From a virus (taxonomy: Duplodnaviria; Caudoviricetes), in the IMG/VR virus record IMGVR_UViG_3300044698_000184, positions 1 through 36,888 of that record: DNA of 36,888 nucleotides; one strand, given 5' to 3'. The position numbers were made by a program, and so were the translations under genes. Below the pieces are notes generated by a model that ran no database searches, was not told the DNA's origin, and worked only from the letters and a program-made list of their open reading frames with translations. Shown here one piece after another: positions 33,427-36,888 of the stretch. How positions within the stretch are numbered: position 1 is the first letter of the stretch; every line of letters starts with the position of its first letter.

Positions 33427-33698
33427 CCGCGGCCGGCTACGACATCACCCGTGCCCGCCACAACGGCATCGCCGCGCTCGTGAAGGCCCGCGACACCCTC
33501 GACGGGGTCGCCCGCGTGTCCGACAAGACGTTGACGTCCACGACCCCGGTCCGGGTCAACTGGGCGATCGCGGACTGGCTCGTCCTCAACGGGCTGGCGC
33601 ACTCCCCGGACCCGTGGGGCGACTCGTTCATCGCGCTGACCGATCGGGGCGTCGACGCCGCCGTCGACCTCGGGCTGCTGCAGGAGGCCGACCGGTGA
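33423..33698 (+). CDS. hypothetical protein (winged-helix-like C-terminus)
   Basis: GTGA overlaps; WLVLNGLA...IALTDRG. Confidence 0.65.
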   Translation: MTAAGYDITRARHNGIAALVKARDTLDGVARVSDKTLTSTTPVRVNWAIADWLVLNGLAHSPDPWGDSFIALTDRGVDAAVDLGLLQEADR

Positions 33699-34099
33699 AC
33701 CTGTCGCAGCTGCCCCAGGCCGCCGCCGCGTACACACGCGGCCGGCTCGCCGACCTACTCGCCCCGGCGGCGGCGCCCGTCCGGGCGTTCGACCCGACCG
33801 ACCCGTCCCGGATCCTGATCCTGGACGCCGACACCCGGCTGGTCATCCATCCGCCCGCCCCGCCGCCAGCCGCAACCGGCCGTGACGACGCCCCGCAGCC
33901 ACAGCCCGGCACGGTCACCGGCGGCGGGGCGCAGTATCGGCGTCTGGCGGTCGCGCACGGCGATGCGCAGTGCGAGTGCGGGAAGGCGGTCCGCCACTTC
34001 GACGTGATCCTCGAGGTCGCCCGGCACGACTGGCGCTGCCAGGAATGCACCACAGTGATCCGGCATCTGCACGACCCGACGGCACCCCTATGGCCATGA
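33695..34099 (+). CDS. hypothetical protein with C-terminal Zn site
   Basis: GTGA overlap; CECG...WRCQEC. Confidence 0.6.
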   Translation: MNLSQLPQAAAAYTRGRLADLLAPAAAPVRAFDPTDPSRILILDADTRLVIHPPAPPPAATGRDDAPQPQPGTVTGGGAQYRRLAVAHGDAQCECGKAVRHFDVILEVARHDWRCQECTTVIRHLHDPTAPLWP

Positions 34100-34332
34100 C
34101 CGCAGCAGAAGCCCAGGCGGTCAACGTGCTGCTGACCGCCGTGTACGGCCCCCCGACGATCCGGGCAGGCCTTCCCACCCGCGGCGACGTCCGGACCGCA
34201 GCCGTCACCCTGGCGTCGTCGGCACGTGCACGTCTGCGGGGCGGGTTCCGGCCCGACCAGATCCCCGACGTGCCGCCGGCACACACCCGTGATCTGGCCG
34301 TCGGCGTCGAATGGGAGCCGCCGGATGCGTGA
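34096..34332 (+). CDS. hypothetical protein
   Basis: ATGA overlap; MTAAEAQAVNVLL. Confidence 0.6.
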   Translation: MTAAEAQAVNVLLTAVYGPPTIRAGLPTRGDVRTAAVTLASSARARLRGGFRPDQIPDVPPAHTRDLAVGVEWEPPDA

Positions 34333-34579
34333 CCAGATCGTCGACACGTCCGTGCGCTGCCGGTTCTGCGGGGCGTCGTTCTACTGGGCCCTGACCGTCA
34401 ACGGGAAGTTCATGCCGATCGAACCGGCCGCCGAACCGGGCCCGGCCGGGAACCTGGTCCTGCAGGACACCCTGCTCGAAACCCGGGTCGTGGTCGTCGT
34501 CGGACCCGGCGACGGCACCCACCGTCACCACAAGACCACCTGCCACGGCTGGCAGGAACACAACGAGGACGACACGTGA
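34325..34579 (+). CDS. Zn-finger phage protein
   Basis: CRFCGASFYWALTVNGKFMPIE...GNLVL...HHKTTC. Confidence 0.75.
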   Translation: MRDQIVDTSVRCRFCGASFYWALTVNGKFMPIEPAAEPGPAGNLVLQDTLLETRVVVVVGPGDGTHRHHKTTCHGWQEHNEDDT

Positions 34580-35241
34580 AACCGATCGAGATCTCCGACG
34601 AGCTCGCTGCCGCAGTCGAAGCGATCGCCGCCTACGAACACCGCACCGCCGCCGAGGTGGTCGCCCCGGTGCTTGCCCGCCTGGTCGAAGACCATCATGC
34701 GCGCCTGGCCGAAGTCCTCGCGCAGCTGGCCCCGACCGTCGACGTGCTCGGCCGTGCCGTCAAGGCCACCATCCCGCCGCAGCTGCGTGCCGAGGACCAG
34801 CCGGCCACGAACGGCGGCGCAGCGAAGGTCCCCCCCAAGGCGAAGCCAAAACCCAAGGCGAAGCCGGCGAAGTCCGGTGCACGCACCTGCGACGTGGCCG
34901 GCTGCTCGAAGCCGTACCAGGCCCGCGGAATGTGCCCGATGCACTACTCCCGGTGGAAGGTCGGGACCCTGACCGTCGCTCCGGACGGGACACCATCGCC
35001 CGCGAACAAGGGCGTCGAGCCCACGGCCGCCACGGCGCCGTCCAACGGGGCAGGCACCGACCCACGCGGCTGCGTCGCCAAGGGGTGCACGCAGCCGCGT
35101 ATCGCCAAGGACGCGAAGCTGTGCCGGGATCACACCACGACACTGCGGGACATGGCCGCGTCGCTGCGGCCGCGGTTCGGCGCTGACGCCGGCCAGGAAG
35201 CTCTCGCCCGCCTCATCGACGGCCGATCGGCGGCCGCATGA
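34576..35241 (+). CDS. putative DNA-binding protein (RHH-like N-terminus, Cys/His Zn motifs)
   Basis: IEISDELAAAVEAIA; CDVAGC.KPY.ARGMCPMHY.RW; CVAKGC...LCRDH. Confidence 0.7.
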   Translation: MKPIEISDELAAAVEAIAAYEHRTAAEVVAPVLARLVEDHHARLAEVLAQLAPTVDVLGRAVKATIPPQLRAEDQPATNGGAAKVPPKAKPKPKAKPAKSGARTCDVAGCSKPYQARGMCPMHYSRWKVGTLTVAPDGTPSPANKGVEPTAATAPSNGAGTDPRGCVAKGCTQPRIAKDAKLCRDHTTTLRDMAASLRPRFGADAGQEALARLIDGRSAAA

Positions 35242-35615
35242 CCCGAGACCAGTGGACGTTGGACGTCCCTGACGCGCCGTACGCGACGCCCAACAGCCGG
35301 CAGCACGCCGCCAAACGGGGCGCGATGGGTGCCGTGTGGCGTGAAGCGACCGCCTGGATCGCGCTCGCACAGAAGGTCCCCAAGGACCTGCAGAAGATCC
35401 GGGTGCAGCTAGTGATGCTGCCTGCCGACGCCCGGGCGCGCGACGAGGACAACCTGGTCTCCGGGGTGCTCAAGCACATGATCGACGGCCTGGTCGACGC
35501 CGGCATCGTCTGTGACGACACCCCGGACCACGTCGTGGCCGAGATGCCACGCATCCATGCGCCCGCGCAGCGCACCTGCCACCGGTGGCTGCTCACCATC
35601 ACCAGGCTGGCCTGA
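35238..35615 (+). CDS. RusA-like Holliday junction resolvase
   Basis: RARDEDNL....KHMIDGLVDAGIVCDD. Confidence 0.85.
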   Translation: MTRDQWTLDVPDAPYATPNSRQHAAKRGAMGAVWREATAWIALAQKVPKDLQKIRVQLVMLPADARARDEDNLVSGVLKHMIDGLVDAGIVCDDTPDHVVAEMPRIHAPAQRTCHRWLLTITRLA

Positions 35616-35698
35616 CCTATCACGAGGGGAGTACCACCAGTGCCTTGCAACATCCCGAACCGGAATCACAACGGTGATGTTCCACGGTGGTGGTTCCC

Positions 35699-36580
35699 AT
35701 GAGCGCCGAAGCCGTCGGGTGGGTGTTCCGCCATTCGCCCTACTCCGGCCTCAAGTTCGCGGTCCACCTCGCGATCGCCGACTCCGTCAACGACCAGCAC
35801 GACCAGGAACTGTGGATGTCCCAGTCCCGTCTGGCATCCAAGGCCCGGTGCTCCCGCCCCCGCGCGAACGAGGCCCTGGTCGAGCTTGTCGACGACGGGT
35901 ACCTCGTCCTGCTCGAGGAGCACGTCGGCAGAGCAAACCGGTACCGGTTCGTGTTCCCGGACGTGCCGGTGTCCTACGAGTCCCGACCTCGCAAGGCCAC
36001 CCTGAACACCGGCGGACCTGTTCCGTCACGGAACACCCCCCCGAACGACCAGGTGTCACCTGGCGGAACACCACCTGTTCCGTCACGGAACACCCACCTG
36101 TTCCGTGGCGGAACACCACCTGTTCCCTCACGGAACACAGAACCCAAGAAACCCAAGGCTGGAACCCAACCTCCACCTCCCGCACGACGGTCGCAACTCC
36201 TCGACGACCTGGCCGCGATCGGCCGGGAGGAGGCGGAGGAACATCTCACCCAGATCCGCCGGCGGCTGCACGGCGACCTGCCCGGACGTCTCGACTGCGA
36301 CCCGGCCGCCGACGACCTCCTCGACGCCCTGGTCGAGATCGCCGCCCGCGGTTGGACCCCGCCGCAGGCTGCCGTCGCGCTCACCGCCGACCCGCTCGGC
36401 GACGCCCGGTCGATCGCCCGCGTCCTGGCAGCCCGGGCCCGTCACCTCGCCGACCTCGACCCGCCGCAGCACCGCAGTACCGCAGCAGCGCAGGACTGCC
36501 GAACCTGCGCCGGGTCCGGCTGGATCGCCGCCACCGACGAACGGGCCGTGGTGGCCTGCCCCTGCAAGGCCGCAGCATGA
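35699..36580 (+). CDS. replication initiator with N-terminal winged HTH (lambda O-like layout)
   Basis: MSAEAVGWV...VHLAIAD...WMSQSRLASKARCSR...LVELVDDGYL...NRY; internal iterons; C-terminal CxxCxGxGW...CPC. Confidence 0.82.
   Translation: MSAEAVGWVFRHSPYSGLKFAVHLAIADSVNDQHDQELWMSQSRLASKARCSRPRANEALVELVDDGYLVLLEEHVGRANRYRFVFPDVPVSYESRPRKATLNTGGPVPSRNTPPNDQVSPGGTPPVPSRNTHLFRGGTPPVPSRNTEPKKPKAGTQPPPPARRSQLLDDLAAIGREEAEEHLTQIRRRLHGDLPGRLDCDPAADDLLDALVEIAARGWTPPQAAVALTADPLGDARSIARVLAARARHLADLDPPQHRSTAAAQDCRTCAGSGWIAATDERAVVACPCKAAA
36016..36170 (+). repeat. iteron array / probable replication origin
   Basis: Four 22-bp ACCTGTTCCGTCACGGAACACC-type copies (36016, 36073, 36096, 36118), one degenerate copy (about 36053), then three AACCCAA. 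Confidence 0.85.
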
Positions 36581-36795
36581 GCTGGGCCACCCTCGCCGCC
36601 GAACTCGAAGGGTCCACCGACCTCGGCGTCGACCTGGTTGACCGTGCCGCCGCCCACGGGCTGACCGTCACCGACGACGACCAGGTCCTCGACGGGCTGG
36701 CCAACACCGGCCTCGAGCTCTGCCCCGGCTGCGGATGGTTCGTCGCCACCAACGACCTACGCGAAGACGTCACCGGATGCCAGGAGTGCGCATGA
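36577..36795 (+). CDS. small Zn-ribbon protein
   Basis: ATGA overlaps; CPGCGW...CQEC. Confidence 0.65.
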   Translation: MSWATLAAELEGSTDLGVDLVDRAAAHGLTVTDDDQVLDGLANTGLELCPGCGWFVATNDLREDVTGCQECA

Positions 36796-36888
36796 CCACC
36801 ATCGACGTCCACCGCACCCTCACCGCGCTCGATCTCGTCCAGTTCCTCGACGAACACGCACGACGGCAAGGCGTCGGACTCGACCAGG
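36762..36888. repeat. terminal repeat copy of 1-127
   Basis: Exact match to the window start. Confidence 0.97.

Noticed and set aside
36016-36139. Mini-CRISPR array from palindromic 22-bp repeats
   Set aside because: Copies are mostly abutting with no spacers and lie inside the replication initiator ORF; iterons fit better.

Overview
This window is an apparently complete, circularly assembled genome (about 36,761 bp plus a 127-bp terminal overlap) of a high-GC temperate siphovirus with an actinobacterial host, indicated by WhiB, actinophage-like genes and an endolysin with a CWB2-type wall-binding module. Gene order on the + strand: small early/accessory genes and WhiB (31-5361); two HNH-like genes around a probable cos region (about 5450-5570); TerS, TerL, HK97-type portal, protease and capsid; head-tail and tail genes with a Mu-like -2 frameshift site; tape measure; tail tip and an SGNH-esterase receptor-binding protein; a lysis cassette rich in membrane proteins. 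A leftward repressor-integrase-lipoprotein block follows, then a rightward early operon (cro, RlpA-like gene, RusA-like resolvase, replication initiator with internal iterons). The standout feature is directly after cro (30530-31913): a standalone RAMP/Cas7-like gene and a coupled partner gene, bracketed by non-coding arrays of phased GG(C/T)-NN pentamers that GGCA tetramers divide into units. It looks like a CRISPR-independent, RNA-guided phage system with the information held in the NN dinucleotides. All calls come from reading motifs by eye; no database searches were run.
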